The notes below the pieces were generated by a model. The model searched no databases and was not told the DNA's origin. It saw only the letters and a list, made by a program, of their open reading frames with translations. 64,000 nt of DNA from Hormiphora californensis. Taxonomy: Eukaryota; Animalia; Ctenophora. Below, in pieces: positions 1-22,100 of this stretch (positions within the stretch are counted from its first letter, which is position 1; each line of letters opens with the position of its first letter). The position numbers and the translations under genes are program-made. The stretch is from positions 6,510,001-6,574,000 of the forward strand of contig CM035360.1 of assembly GCA_020137815.1 (NCBI GenBank). Direction: 5' to 3'.

Positions 1-1193
1 AAGACTGAATTCCTGCTGCTAGGCAAAAACAGTGCCCTGGATAAGATGGTATATCGGCCCACTGTGGACTTTGGTGGAGTGGAGATAAGCCCAGTGGACT
101 TTACGGGGAGTACAGGGAAAACACTAGGAGTGTTCCTTGATAGCAACCTCTCTATGGAGAGGCAAATCAACAGGTGTTAAGAGGCAATGCGGTTTGTTGT
201 TGAAGAATCTATGGCAGGTAAACCGGTGTCTAGATAGATCGACGAAGATACTCCTTGTTAAGCAGCTCATCATTTCAAGACTGGATTATTGTAATATCCT
301 TTACCATGGCTTACCTAAGAAGCTTCTCAACAGCCTTCAGAGAGTCTTGAACTCGTGTGTCAGATTTGTTTATGGCCTATACGGTCACCAAGACACCTAC
401 ATGCCATACTTGAAAGAATTGCATATTCTTCCTGTGGAACAACGAGTCACGTTCAAAGCATGCCTTATGGCGTACAAGATTGTACATGGATTGGCCCCTG
501 GCTACCTGCAAGATCAGGTCCCTGTTGATGATGGACTTCATGTGATCCGTGCTACTAGAGGAAATGCTTGGCCTGATGGCCTCAAGCTGAAGTACCCTAA
601 GCTATCAAGTGTCAATGCGACTTCCAAGTTGAGAAGAAGACGTCCGTCGGTTTACCTGCCTGAAGTCTGGAATAAGCTTCCCCTTGATCTGAGAGCTGTT
701 GAGTCTGTGGAATCTTTTAAGTCTAAGCTCAAGACTAGTCTTTTCACTGAGGCATTTGGTGAGACTGGACTGTCCTGTTAAGACTCTCCTTCTTGCTGAG
801 GTATGTGCTCTAGCTGGTACCCGTTTTTAATTATTTTTCTGTAATTGAGCTCGTGGCGAGCAGAAGTGTGAAGCATAAGCTGGATTTTTTCATAGCACGA
901 GTGTTTTTCTGTGTTTCCAATCTACGGACTTTTATATCAATCTTTTTAGAGTTCCAGGACTCTAACTCAGTCTGTTATGTAATCAGTCACCGATAGTTAT
1001 GTGAGCCGATAGTAATGTGAGCCGGTGTTTTTTCTTTATTAATTTTTGTTCTATTAGGGATAAGTTGTCAAGGTCTTACTAGTATATTAACCGTTCAGAT
1101 TATCCTTCAGTGACAGCAGCAGTTTCACTGCTCTGTCCCTGTCGGATATGGGCGGAATATAAACATAGTTATTATTATTATTATTATTATTAT
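1..1193 (+). mobile_element. LINE (L2/CR1-clade) 3' fragment: RT C-terminal region, 3' UTR and (ATT)n tail
   Basis: The translation has motifs typical of the L2/CR1-type ORF2 C-terminus: KTEFLLLG..TLGVFLD, LIISRLDYCN, LHILPVEQRVTFK and WNKLP..L..FKSKLKT. There is a +1 frameshift near 170 and the stop is at 781. The element ends in GGGCGGAATATAA followed by (ATT)n at about 1170-1193 and continues off the left edge. Confidence 0.9.
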
Positions 1194-1345
1194 TTTGTTG
1201 CACTGAAGATAGCAATTGATACTACCCTTCAAACTTTTCAACACTACTTTAAACAAATTAATTTGAGCTATGTCCGATGATGCAGGAATAGTGGAGAAAG
1301 TGTTAGTAACTAACTAAAATTCCCGTTTATTTAGTTACAGCCAAC

Positions 1346-10804
<9,459 letters not shown>

Positions 10805-11331
10805 GAGAGGAAAGGAGAAGAGACTGTGATATATTGGGCTTCTTCCTCTCTCGTGGGTCGAGTGGGAGATAGGGACTCTCGAACAAGACAATGACTCACG
10901 AGGGAGAGAAAAAAGAAATATTTTCGTTAGGAATAGTGTTAGAAAACAGCTTTAGCCAGAGCTGTGAAGAGGTGGAGATCTTTGGATAGCATTGTGTATT
11001 TTTGTACATCAATTCGGGAGTCTGAGAAATGGGAGATGCTGTTTAAAAACTGAAGACTCGCTGACCTTAGAGAAGTGTACTAAACAGCTTTTTAGTAATG
11101 TAATCTCGATTTGAGATGGACCACGTGAAATGTGACCCACGTGCTTTAGATGACACGTGAAATGAAACCATGTGATCATGGGAACGTGTTCCCATATGAC
11201 CATGCTGACCGAAAAATGTGTAATATTTGAGAGTTTTCAAAGTTAAAAGTTAATGATTGTCAGATATATATATTTGTCGTTTAGAAAGAATTTAAAATTC
11301 CATAAATTAATTACAGTTTTTTATCTTCTAT

Positions 11332-12356
11332 TTATCCTCTGAAAGATCCTCGGAGAGCGTTGAGCACCTTGTAGGAGGCTCGGCTGTTGGGGTAGGCACT
11401 CAGACAAGTGATCAGGGCTCCCTGTAGGGATACACAGAGGTTAATAGAGGGTCAGAGAGGTCAAGGTTGAACTAAATCGTGGCTCACTGACAATAGCACA
11501 CACGAAACAGTTTGAAACATGTTGCCCTGAGTATAATTCACTACTTACATGTCGAGCCTGGAATGCGACGGAGAGGTTACTGAACAGATTACCAAAGAAC
11601 ATCTTGTTCATAGCATTCTTGAGGGAGGTTGTGTTGGCCCTCTTAACCAGAATCTCCTGGACTGGGAAATCATGGGTATTAGAGTTCAAACAAAAGAAGG
11701 GAAATAGGGTTTAGTTCAGGATACACAAACAAAGAAATGTGTTGCCCCCTCCACGTGCTGCACTTGAAGCTACAACAGCCACTCTCCTGCACTAGAAGCA
11801 AGAGAGACACATCTTCTCTTGATCTGAAACATTACAATTATAATGGGGACATATTGTGTTCTCTTACCAGCGGCCTTCTTGGTGATGAGGTCGATGATGT
11901 AATCGATGATGATAGAGAGATCAAGGTCAGCGTGGAAGGTAATGGGTCCCTTCACACTAATCTTAACACTCTTGAACAGGGTTTTAGTGTCGGTGGGAGT
12001 CTCCACACTCAGCTGAAAACAGGGAGAAATGTGTTAGACATTGTTGGAGCAATGTTTAGATGTTAGACATGTTAGACAATGTTAGGCATGTTGTATAGCG
12101 AGAAGTGGGGAAGTGTCAGTGGGGGGGGGGGATATGATGAAAATCTCGACAGGAATGAGGGGATATAATGAGAGGGGAAGTGATCAATTTACAACAGCTG
12201 ATATTTCATATAGGTACCTTGACAGGTTTAGTCTCAGTACCAGGAATTACATTTCCATCCTTATCCAACAGTCGTCCTGGGAGGGAGTTAAGTGTGTTTG
12301 TCTGTCTCTCTAATTATCACACACTGTCACGAGACGCTCTCTCTCTCTCTCTCTTT

Positions 12357-12406
<50 letters not shown>

Positions 12407-14993
12407 GTGTATTTTAGTATTCAGGGGGACCTAATTTTAATCTTCATACCAGCTGCAAGAAACAGAACCGGGACTGCGTAAAACTGGAGCTAATTTTAAC
12501 TACTTGGCACATGTTGGCCAATGTTAAATATGTCAACTTCTAAATTCAATATTCATACTGGGATGCTTTCCTTGGAACACAACTTCTAAATTCATATTTC
12601 TTTGGAACTCATCAGCATTCCAATGGTTGCTATAGTTACTGGTTCTTACCGGAAGCTGCGATGGTGAATTTCATCTCGTCAGGCTCCACCAGGAATAGAG
12701 GGGCATCAGCAATAGTTCCCTAGAGAGAAGGAGTTGTGAAAGATAATAATCGATTCTAACGTACAGAAGAAGTTCGAAACTACTCAAACACACCGGACTA
12801 ATGTATACTTAGTTTAGTCGCGACCCTTCCTCTCTTTCTTAGCAGAGAGCTATACACGAGTTGTTAATACCTGGACAAAGATGTTCTCTCCAAAGACGTT
12901 TCCAAAGAACATCTTGAGGATGCTGGCTACATCCATGGAGAAAGAGGTTCCAGCAGGGAGGAAGGTCCTGGAGGCAGTGTTAATGACCCAGTCAGAGGCG
13001 GATACACACGCCATGTGTCCTGGATGAGGGTTGGAATTATAGTTGGGGAGAGTGGTGGATAATTATAATGTCATAATGGGAAAGTTGTAAATATGTCAGA
13101 CCCAACTAAGGAACACTACTTACTATCCTCAGCCTCGGGGATAGATAGGAGCCTCATTCCAGTTGTGTCAACGGCTTTGTTATTGGTGGGCCTCAACTCC
13201 AACTGAGGGGTTAGGGTGTTAGAAAGGTGTTAGACGGGTGTTAGACCGGTATAATTGTGTTCTCTATCTAGGATAGTATTGAGAGAGAGTTCTAAAATAT
13301 CTCTGTCCCAATAAATATCATTATTCTCCACTAACTCACCCCAATTCCAGCCACCATATGTCGGTTCCAGGACCTGAAGCTAGTAACGGGGAAGTGCAGA
13401 TAAAACAGGTTGAGCACATTGAACTGGTCTGGAAGGTAGAGGGGGGAGTGTTAATAATTTAGACAACTGCCGGTAAAATCGTACGGTTGGAAGAAGAAGG
13501 ACCAGCAGTACCGACCCGATCTGAGGGCACTGTCGAGAATCAAAACGAGGTCTGGTGACGCCAGACAGGTCAACACAATACTAAAATTACTTACTGGGAA
13601 GACTCTGGAAGACAGAGTTGACCATTCCATTTCCGTATTTCTTGACACCCTCACACACAGCATTAGTAACAGAGGGCATCAGACCTTGCAGGATCATGTT
13701 AGCCAGATGGTTGATGATGGGCCTGGGAGGGTTGTGATGGTTTAGGAAGGGGTCTGGGAGGGAAGTGTTTAGGAAGGTGCAGGTACTTTCAAACAGGGCT
13801 AGGATCATGGATCTGGGAATGGAACGCATTGGAAAGAAGCCAGGAATGGTAGGTACTTTGTTTTGTTCGAGAGAAAGGGTCGAACAAAGGAAGGTAGGTA
13901 CCATACTTACAGATGGAGATCAACTCGGGGACTCCCAACGTGCAGGGAACATCCCATACCGTTAGACCTGAACTTTCCACCAGCAATACCTGCAGATCAG
14001 ATCACGTGTGAGTAGAGAGGAGTTCATGGTATGACGTCACGTTACAAGTCACGTGACACATTCTATGCTACCCAACAGTCTGTACCACATCCCTCGAATC
14101 TACCTCGTCTCAAAGAGACCACGCACTAACCAACAGATGAGTCTAGCTGGGCATTGATGTTGTCTCCGTAGGTATCGAACTGTCCTGCAACCTTGATGTG
14201 CCCAATAAAGACGGGGATATACACGGCCAAGTTGGCTGTCAGGTGAACTCGAGCATTGTTCAGTTTCACTCCAAGTCTGAATGGGGGGGGGATTGTTAAA
14301 GTTGATAGGTGTAAAAACTAAAGATAGGGAGGCATCCGGCATACATCGCAAGGGAGACTCCTAATTTAAGTGGTAGTGCTTTCTATCATGGAATAAGAGT
14401 ATGGTATGATTATTACAACCGCGAGACCGAATAGTTTGAACTAGTGAGTCTCACAAATGACTGCTCCCCGAACCGGTCTTGGCCGTGATGTTACAGTCAT
14501 TTAGTATTAAAAGTGGTAAAACAGGGAGACTCGACCTACTTGTTGGCGTTCATGATGATATTAACATTGGCAGTGTCAAGGGTCCTGACAGAGAAGTGTT
14601 CCACGTTAACAGGTCCAATCTGCATGTTGTTCAGTCTGGTGTACTGTTTAATAAGGTCGTTAACCTTCCTGATCATGTCCCTCATCATCGCCTCAACCTG
14701 GTGGGGGGATGGGGTTAGAGAGGGGGATAGAAAGAGGCCTGGAATCCAGGCCCTGGATATGCCATCGCGGAAGGAGTTTGAAACATGGGAGATGCAGGGG
14801 AGTCACCTGGTCGTGTGATCATTTCAAGCAAAATGACGGGTTCTTGTGATGACGACTGAAAATCGAAAACACAGTAAGTTACCTGGTTAGTACCAGCAGC
14901 GTTGAGCCTGCCCCGGACAGTCTCCTTGCTATATCCATGAGCCTGACCGGCCAATAACCCAAGAACGACAACTAAAAACAAAGAAACCCTCAT
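11332..14993 (-). CDS. Secreted LBP/BPI (lipopolysaccharide-binding / bactericidal permeability-increasing) superfamily protein; about 12 exons
   Basis: The signal peptide MRVSLFLVVVLGLLAGQAHG is followed by TVRGRLNAAGTNQV, resembling the BPI N-terminal 'VRIT..GL' strand. A BPI-type cysteine pair (GCSLHV ... VCEGV) and HMACVSASDWVINTAS (like the BPI C-domain 'M....S....N.A') are present. Approximate exons are 14883-14993, 14538-14697, 14131-14276, 13911-13989, 13594-13723, 13340-13428, 13125-13202, 12871-13020, 12650-12719, 11868-12012, 11548-11661 and 11332-11421, giving about 450 aa. Confidence 0.7.
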
Positions 14994-15510
14994 GTTGCAA
15001 TAGTGATTTAATGGCCAGTTCACGGCCACTATTTATTGAGAGGAGGTGCGAGTTTTATCAAGTTGAGGGGGGTGTTTGGAAGATTTCTCAAAAGAGACAA
15101 AAGAAATCGATCACTGATCCACCATTGTTCGCTATTTAACCCGGGTGTCATAACAGCTGGGGGCCCGTCTTAAAAGTTGTTAGAGAGAGAGAGGGAGTTG
15201 TTATTGGGCTATTGGTAGGACGAATAACCAGCTGGGTGTGTTTAAAAATAATCGCTATCATCTCTCTCCCCCGCACATTAAGTAGATCCCATACTTTATC
15301 GAAGTTGAATCAATTAAGAACAGGAAACACATATGTCATCTCCCCTCCACCACCTCCTACAGCTGCAGTGATCTTAGAGAATTACCAAAAGCAACAGAAT
15401 GACGTCATTTGGTGTAATCATGACGAAACTGTAGGGGGCGTGTTTATTAAATCATGCTCATAACCCGAATAACGCACTCTGCATTCATTTTCCTTCCTTG
15501 TTTTCCTAAA

Positions 15511-18500
15511 ATGTTTGCGTTGCTTTACCTCCCCTGCCTGATATCTTCTGTAGTGTGCAGCAGCTATGACGAGGAAGTCAAGTCTGTGTTCACCTCAAAC
15601 AGTCGTGCCAGGATAGAGTTTCTGAGGCAGTTTCGGTTACCTAGCAACCCCAGATGACACACCAACAGGCATCAAAACAATTGCAAATCTGAGGTATATT
15701 GAGGAGCTACCGACAGAGGGGGTGGATACCTTTATAGATCAGAACACAATACGAACCCTCCAGAGATATGCCAGTATTCCAGAAACATGGAGAGTTCGAT
15801 GAAGCTACCTTGGAAGCCATGGCAACCCCAAGATGCCAAAACCCTGATTTAATGGATAATAAACTAGCCAGGTTCTTCCTAGACGGGACTGAGGATGAGG
15901 AGGAGGGGAGACGGTTAAAAGCGGGATGTATTCCTCGGACCAAAGTGGGGTAAGAAAGACCTGACATTTGGAATACGTGCATCCTCTGGTTCTGACGAGG
16001 AGAATGCTAGAGTGGTGAGACTAGTGAGTGCTGCATTTACTGAGTGGGCCCGACACTGCGGTTTAGAATTCACCATGACAACAGACAGCCCTGATATAGC
16101 AGTTAGTTTCGAATCGGAACAACACTCTCCCCCTGTTGGTTGTGCCTTTGATGGAGAGGGAGGGGTGCTAGCTCACGCGTTCTACCCTTCCCACGGTAGG
16201 ATTCACATTGATGCTGATGATGACTGGAGTGACGATTGTATGCTTTACACTGTTGTACTGCACGAGATTGGGCATGCCCTGGGACTGGGGCATGCCACGG
16301 ATAAAGAGTCCATCATGTACGCCTTCTTCAACAAGAAACTAGTGATCAACTCATGTCAGGGTGACTCATTTAGATCTCTCTCTACGGTGGATATCCGGGC
16401 AATTAGGACCATGTATGGGATTAATGGTGATGAAGTGGATCCCTTGGTGGATGAGGCTAGCACCCCGACCCCAACTATAACCACCGTCCACACGACCCCC
16501 CAGAAGACGCAACCCCCCACCTCCAGGACGGGATCTGTTCCTGTAATGGAGGGGACAGGGGGAAGTTGGGAGTTAGATTGCGGAGGGTTGATGGAGAATG
16601 GGACACTGCTGGAGAGCCCAGTGGAGTACCTTGGGGCCTACCCTAATGGTGCTGACTGCACTTGGGTGGTTGTGAATCCTAACGAGGTACCAGGGATAAC
16701 GATCTCGGTCCTAAAGTTAGATATTGAAGGAGGAGGGAAGGAGGGGTGTTTATCTGACAAGCTGACTATAACTGACTCCTACTACAACCAGTCGACAACC
16801 CTCTGTGGAACCAAGTATGGGGAGACGATTGAATATCCTGACTCATACGCCCTATCAATCAACTTCAAATCAGACTACCACATCCAAAGACAAGGATTCC
16901 GACTCATGTTCTCCTACTTCGAACCTACACCCTGTCTGATCCATATCTTCCAGACCCCTTATGTGTTGTCCCTGTCCTGGGTGAGAGAGCAGCTGGTAAA
17001 GGGTGAGTGTGAGGTGAGAGTCACAACACCAGATACCAGTAAGATGATAATGGCTGTTATGGTGACTAGCAACAATACAATAGAAACAGTGTACAGTACT
17101 GAACTGAGTCTACTTGTCACGGAGAACTACCCAGATACAGATGATATTGAGTTATACTCGGTTGTGAGTGACAAACAATGCTACTTTGACGACGCTGGGA
17201 AGTGGTCTCCAGAGCTAGGCAGCACAAGGAAGTACCTCCCTGATCAGGATTGTGTTTTGAGGGGTGGAGGGCATATTGGAGGGGTGATAACACTATCAGG
17301 TGTGGACCTAGAGCAGGATAAACTGTGTTCATATGATTGGGTTGAGGTATATACAGTTGAGCATGGTAAACAGCGGTTATGTAAACAGGATCATGACGTC
17401 ACGATACTCACTGACCACAAGTTTCTTATCTACTACCACACTGATGCTACCATAGAACGTGGAGGGGTGGTGGTGAGCTATAGTTTTACCTGCGAGGTGA
17501 CCCTCCAACCTTGTAACAATGTGATCTCCAGTTGCCTAGCAACCACAATTCACCCCAGCGAGGTAGCACGAGGTGTGAGGTGTGAGATTGCGTTACCTTC
17601 TAATGACCTCACTTACTTCATGTGTGTAGATGCCTCTCATCTCGTACACACACGACGTGGAGGTGTTAGGGACTGCAGAGACACCTACCTAGATATCAAT
17701 GGGGAGATACTCTGCTCCAAGACCCACTCCCAGTTCATCACCAACCAGCAGATAGACCTCCAGTATGGTGCTACTGTTAAAAAGGGGTTGATGTACACTC
17801 TGGTTCCCACGGCAACAAGATGTGCTACCAGGGAGATACATTTCTCGAGGGCGGACAGGAGGGGTAGGATGGTGACATTACAGATAGATAGAGTTGAGGG
17901 TGGTGATGTGGAGTGGTGTGTTACCAAGATAACAGCTGCAAGAGGAATTGTGGTTAACGTGGCGATACATTCTAGGGTGAGTTGTGGTTAACGTGGCGAT
18001 ACATTCTAGGGTGAGTTGTGGTTAACGTGGCGATACATTCTAGGGTGAGTTGTTGTTAACGTGGCGATAATTCTAGGGTGAGATATACCAGGTCAATATA
18101 TGATATGATGATAAGCTTATTCATTATTATAACCCAGCATTTGAATCCCTGAGTTGAGTTATAACATGATGATTATTGAGAGCTGTATTTAGAGAACACC
18201 AAAACATGTTCAACAATCAACACAACATCACATCCCCCAGGTCCGGCCAGCGCTGTATTTCTATGATGCGATACAAGTGATATCAGGACGATGTACAAAC
18301 AGCCCGGAGTCCACACGTCTACAAAAGAAGAAGGACAGTTTCACGCTAGTCAGGGGCCAGGGGTACCTGTGGTACAAGAGACAGATATCTGGGAGAGGGA
18401 GGCCGAGTAGGGTGGTGTTAAAGTTGACAGCTACGGAGGGGAGCATGGTTGAGGCAACACAAGGTAAGGGGAAAGACTGGGTTATGAGGCCTGAACAACA

Positions 18501-18810
18501 GAGATCAGACTGTATTCACCCCCGGTCCCCCGGAGTGCAGTTGCCACTTTGCCAGCTCTGAATACGATGACGACTGAAACTGTAAAGTTTGACTATCAGT
18601 ATCCCGCTCACTTCCAACTCTGTCTCTATTTACCCGTTTGCCTTCCCTTTGTGTGTCAGTGTGCTAAAATTCTAACCTGCAGATCCCCCTCTCTGTCTAG
18701 TAGTTGTAACTCTGCCTTGTGCATCACCTCTTGTTCCCATTTCAGGGCCTGATTACTGGGACGCAGGGAGAGGCAGGCCCGTACCACGCGGTGGAATGGA
18801 ATATAACTGA
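15511..18810 (+). CDS. Matrix metalloproteinase (M10A) with a Thr/Pro linker and CUB-like domains; three +1 frameshifts in the pro-region as assembled
   Basis: In order: signal peptide, FLRQF/GYL, LQRYASIPET/GEFDEATLEAMATPRCQNPD (cysteine switch), furin-like RRLK/R, KWGKKDLTF, FDGEGGVLAHAFYP, the zinc site HEIGHALGLGH and the Met-turn SIMY. CUB motifs follow (CGG..LESP..YPNGADCTW..C.SDKL.I..LCG..F.SD..GF; YLPDQDC..CSYDWVEV..LC). The large exon ends at 17976, with further exons at about 18241-18462 and 18746-18810. Confidence 0.85.
17951..18083 (+). repeat. 34-bp tandem repeat (about 4 copies) containing the MMP exon end and 5' splice site
   Basis: The unit TGGTTAACGTGGCGATACATTCTAGG|GTGAGTTG starts at 17951, 17985, 18019 and 18053. 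Confidence 0.9.
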
Positions 18811-19013
18811 GAAACAATGTCATAACAGCTGATATTATTGGATTGAATTATTGAAATGTGTGCATGTGGAAATATACAGATGAAATCAAATATATATATT
18901 CTGTTAGAGAGACCTGTTTTTACATTGCTACATAACCTACACACCCTCTCTCTCTCGGTTTTGTCTTCACTCTTCGCGATACACAGTGCAGCCCCGGCCC
19001 GGTTCGTCTACCC

Positions 19014-19121
19014 TACTGGTTAGTCAGGTCCAGCTGCTCCTCTCCTACTGGTTAGTCAGGTCCAGCTGTGCCTCATACTTCCCTCTCCTACTGGTTAGTC
19101 AGGTCCAGCTGTGCCTCATAC
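19014..19121. repeat. Triplicated 24-bp-core repeat overlapping the stop codon of the EGF gene
   Basis: CTACTGGTTAGTCAGGTCCAGCTG occurs at about 19014, 19046 and 19088. Confidence 0.85.
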
Positions 19122-22100
19122 TGTAACATCCCAGTAGGTGTGGGAATGGTCAGTATCGCCCTGTATACAGCTGGTATAGGTTCCACGTGCAGGTGTGCTG
19201 CCCCCTCTCCATGTATAGTAGTCACCCCCAACCTCTCAACGTGATCCCCAGAGGGAGAGAGGGCCCGGTACCATCTTAACATGGCATTAGGGTAGGAACT
19301 CCTGACTGTGACACCCAGGTTCCATTTCTTGGCGTGGGAGTTGTGGGATCCCTTCTGGAACTCTAGTACTTCTGAAGGGTTTGGGAGGTTAGGAAGTAGG
19401 AAGGGATGTTAGGAAGTAGGAAGGGATGTTAGGAAGTAGGATAAAACGTGCTCTCTGGATTTAAAAATTATAAAGGATAGAACTGACTTAGAAAAGACGA
19501 AACAGAAAAGATTTGTTTTATTCAAACAAGAGAAGAGTTCATTGAAAGTGACAATATCGAAAGCTCAGTATGGACCTCAATTGATACATCTAAGTAGACC
19601 TACCCGGTACAGTAACGGTGATGTGAGCACTGACAGGTCTGTATCTCCCTGGTTTTGCTACCCTAACCTCGTACACACCCCCATCAGTGGGCAGGATCCT
19701 TCCAAACTTAACCCGCTGTCTGTGAGGAGAGGGGGAGAAATAGAGGAGAAATAGAGGAGGGGGGGGTTGCAGTAAGTAAAGGTCAATGGAGACAAGTTCG
19801 TGGGGGGTTGTTCCCAAGAGCCAGGGTTTAGGAAGGGGTTGAGAGGGTATTCGGGAGAGATCAGACAATAAGAGAGATCAAGATAATTGTAATTGTTGAC
19901 TAACCTGCTGTAAGGTGTTTCCCAATGCCCAACAGGTGTTTTATCCTTCCCACTCGTTATAACATGGACACCAGGTCTCTTGATCCAGGTTACCCGGCCA
20001 TACCCAATATAACCACCAGGTCCCACTCGGGTTATATTGACCCTGATACTCTGTCCCTCACTTCCAATTGGGAATGTGTAGTGGTCCTCAAATAGGTGGA
20101 TGGTGGCAACTAGAACAAGAGGGATTTAGGATACGAGTATTCAAACTTTCATCAACTACAACGTAAAACTATTTATTGAGGATGACCGTGAACTGTATGA
20201 GTCGAGTGCTGTAAATACACATATTTTGGGTGACAAGTCCCATGTTCACAGTAAACAGTTGTAGTACATGTTAATATGTAACTATAATTTTAGGATGGGG
20301 GTGTGCTAGGAATATGGGTATAGCTATAACATGGGATGGAAGGAAGTAACGATATAAGGGTATCACTGTGGCACAGAATAGAGTTAGGGTATCATTATAA
20401 GACATAGAAGGGAGTTGAGAGTTAGGATATAGTTTGGAAACTCGCCAACTTGAAAACAGGATATATTTCTGGAGATATTTGCTAAACTCACAATCTAAGA
20501 CATTAGGGTTGGCGACACAAGCAGTTCCCTCTTCCGTCGGGATAGACCAGGGATCACAGGAACAAGCTCCCTTTAGACACTGTTCATTCTCTCCACAATA
20601 CTCCGGGCAACAATCTGAGGGGAGTTGCCTTACTACCATCTCTTGAAATATTCAAGCTTCGATTATATAAGAAGGAGGACTATCCTATAGACAAATTTCT
20701 CTCCCCATATATCACCCCACCCTTCTCACCTCCCTCGCTAGGACAGACACAAGAGAACCCTTGAAATGGTCTCTCCACACAGACAGTCCCTGTTTTCAGG
20801 GTGTCACAGGGGTCTGCAGCACACATTGAGTAGGGGGAACAGGAGTGTCCTGTGTCATTGTAGTAGGACCCGGGGGGACAGGTACACTCGTGCCTGGGAT
20901 GGAGATAGGAACTAAGGAGGGTTGGTACCTGATATGTTATTGTTCCTAAATGTGAGAGGAGATGAACCTGACACATTTCTCAATAAGTGCGTAGTGGTAA
21001 GTAAGTGGTTAAATGTTCACTACAGTACACCTCCCACCCTCTCTAGTCTCTCTGATGTTTTCCAGCTACAGAGAGTACTTACCAGCCGGGGTGGTTGGTA
21101 CAGACAGCACCAGCAGCAGGACATGGGTTCCCCATACTACACTCGTCTATATCAACACACTGACCATCTGAAGAGAAATACATACAGTTTAACAGACACT
21201 TATAGGTTGTGGTATTGAGTATTATGAGGTAGGAGCATGGAAGGCGGCCTGAGAGGATAAAATATGTAATCACAGGGCACTTTTATTTGTTGAGTAAGTG
21301 GTGGGAGTAGAGGAGTCTCACCCTTCAGTTTATAGCCAGTGTCACACTCGCACTTGTGACTGAAATCCTGTTGAATGCACACAAAGCTACTATCACATGG
21401 CATCTCTGAACAGCTTCTACAGGTATCTTCCTCTATACACTTACAGCTATAAGGGGTGGAGAGTGGTTATTGGTTACACTTACAAGTTACAGCTATAAGG
21501 TGGGTTTAGTAAGTAGATCAAGTGGTTCGGGGCTATCAAGAAAGAGTAACCACGTTACCATTACCCTGGTTACCATGGTAACCATTACACCAACTAGTTA
21601 CTAACCTGAATCCCCTGAGATCTGAGACACACTCCAGATCAGGTGAGCCACATGGGTTAGTGTCACAGATATCCACACAAACACCATCAGAGAGAACCTG
21701 CGAAATAATCTCAGTTCTGGATCATAATTGATTTTCTGCTTCTATTCCAGTAGAAATGAGTAGACACAGACGAAGTTACAACACCACGTGTCATGCTTAT
21801 TCTGCCGAACCCTCACAGAGCCCGTCAGCCCGCAGTGTGAGCTACATAGTGTCAAGTGGTACCTTTGGAGAGGGGCAGATACAGCTATAAGATCCGTTGT
21901 GTTGCTCAGCTAGACACTCAAAACCCTCCCCGCATATATCAGGGATACTGCACACGGGGGTACACACTCCATCTAATGGTAACTCACCCACACCACAGCA
22001 CCTGGAGGATTGTGTTAGTGGTAGGTTAGAGACGGGTAGTATGATATTGTACCGATCTAACAACTTTGGACTGATATGAGCTGGATCCAGCTGGAAGGGT

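Noticed and set aside
15625-15925. Programmed ribosomal frameshifting in the MMP
   Set aside because: There are three separate shifts with no slippery heptamer or stimulatory structure. Sequencing error or decay is far more parsimonious.
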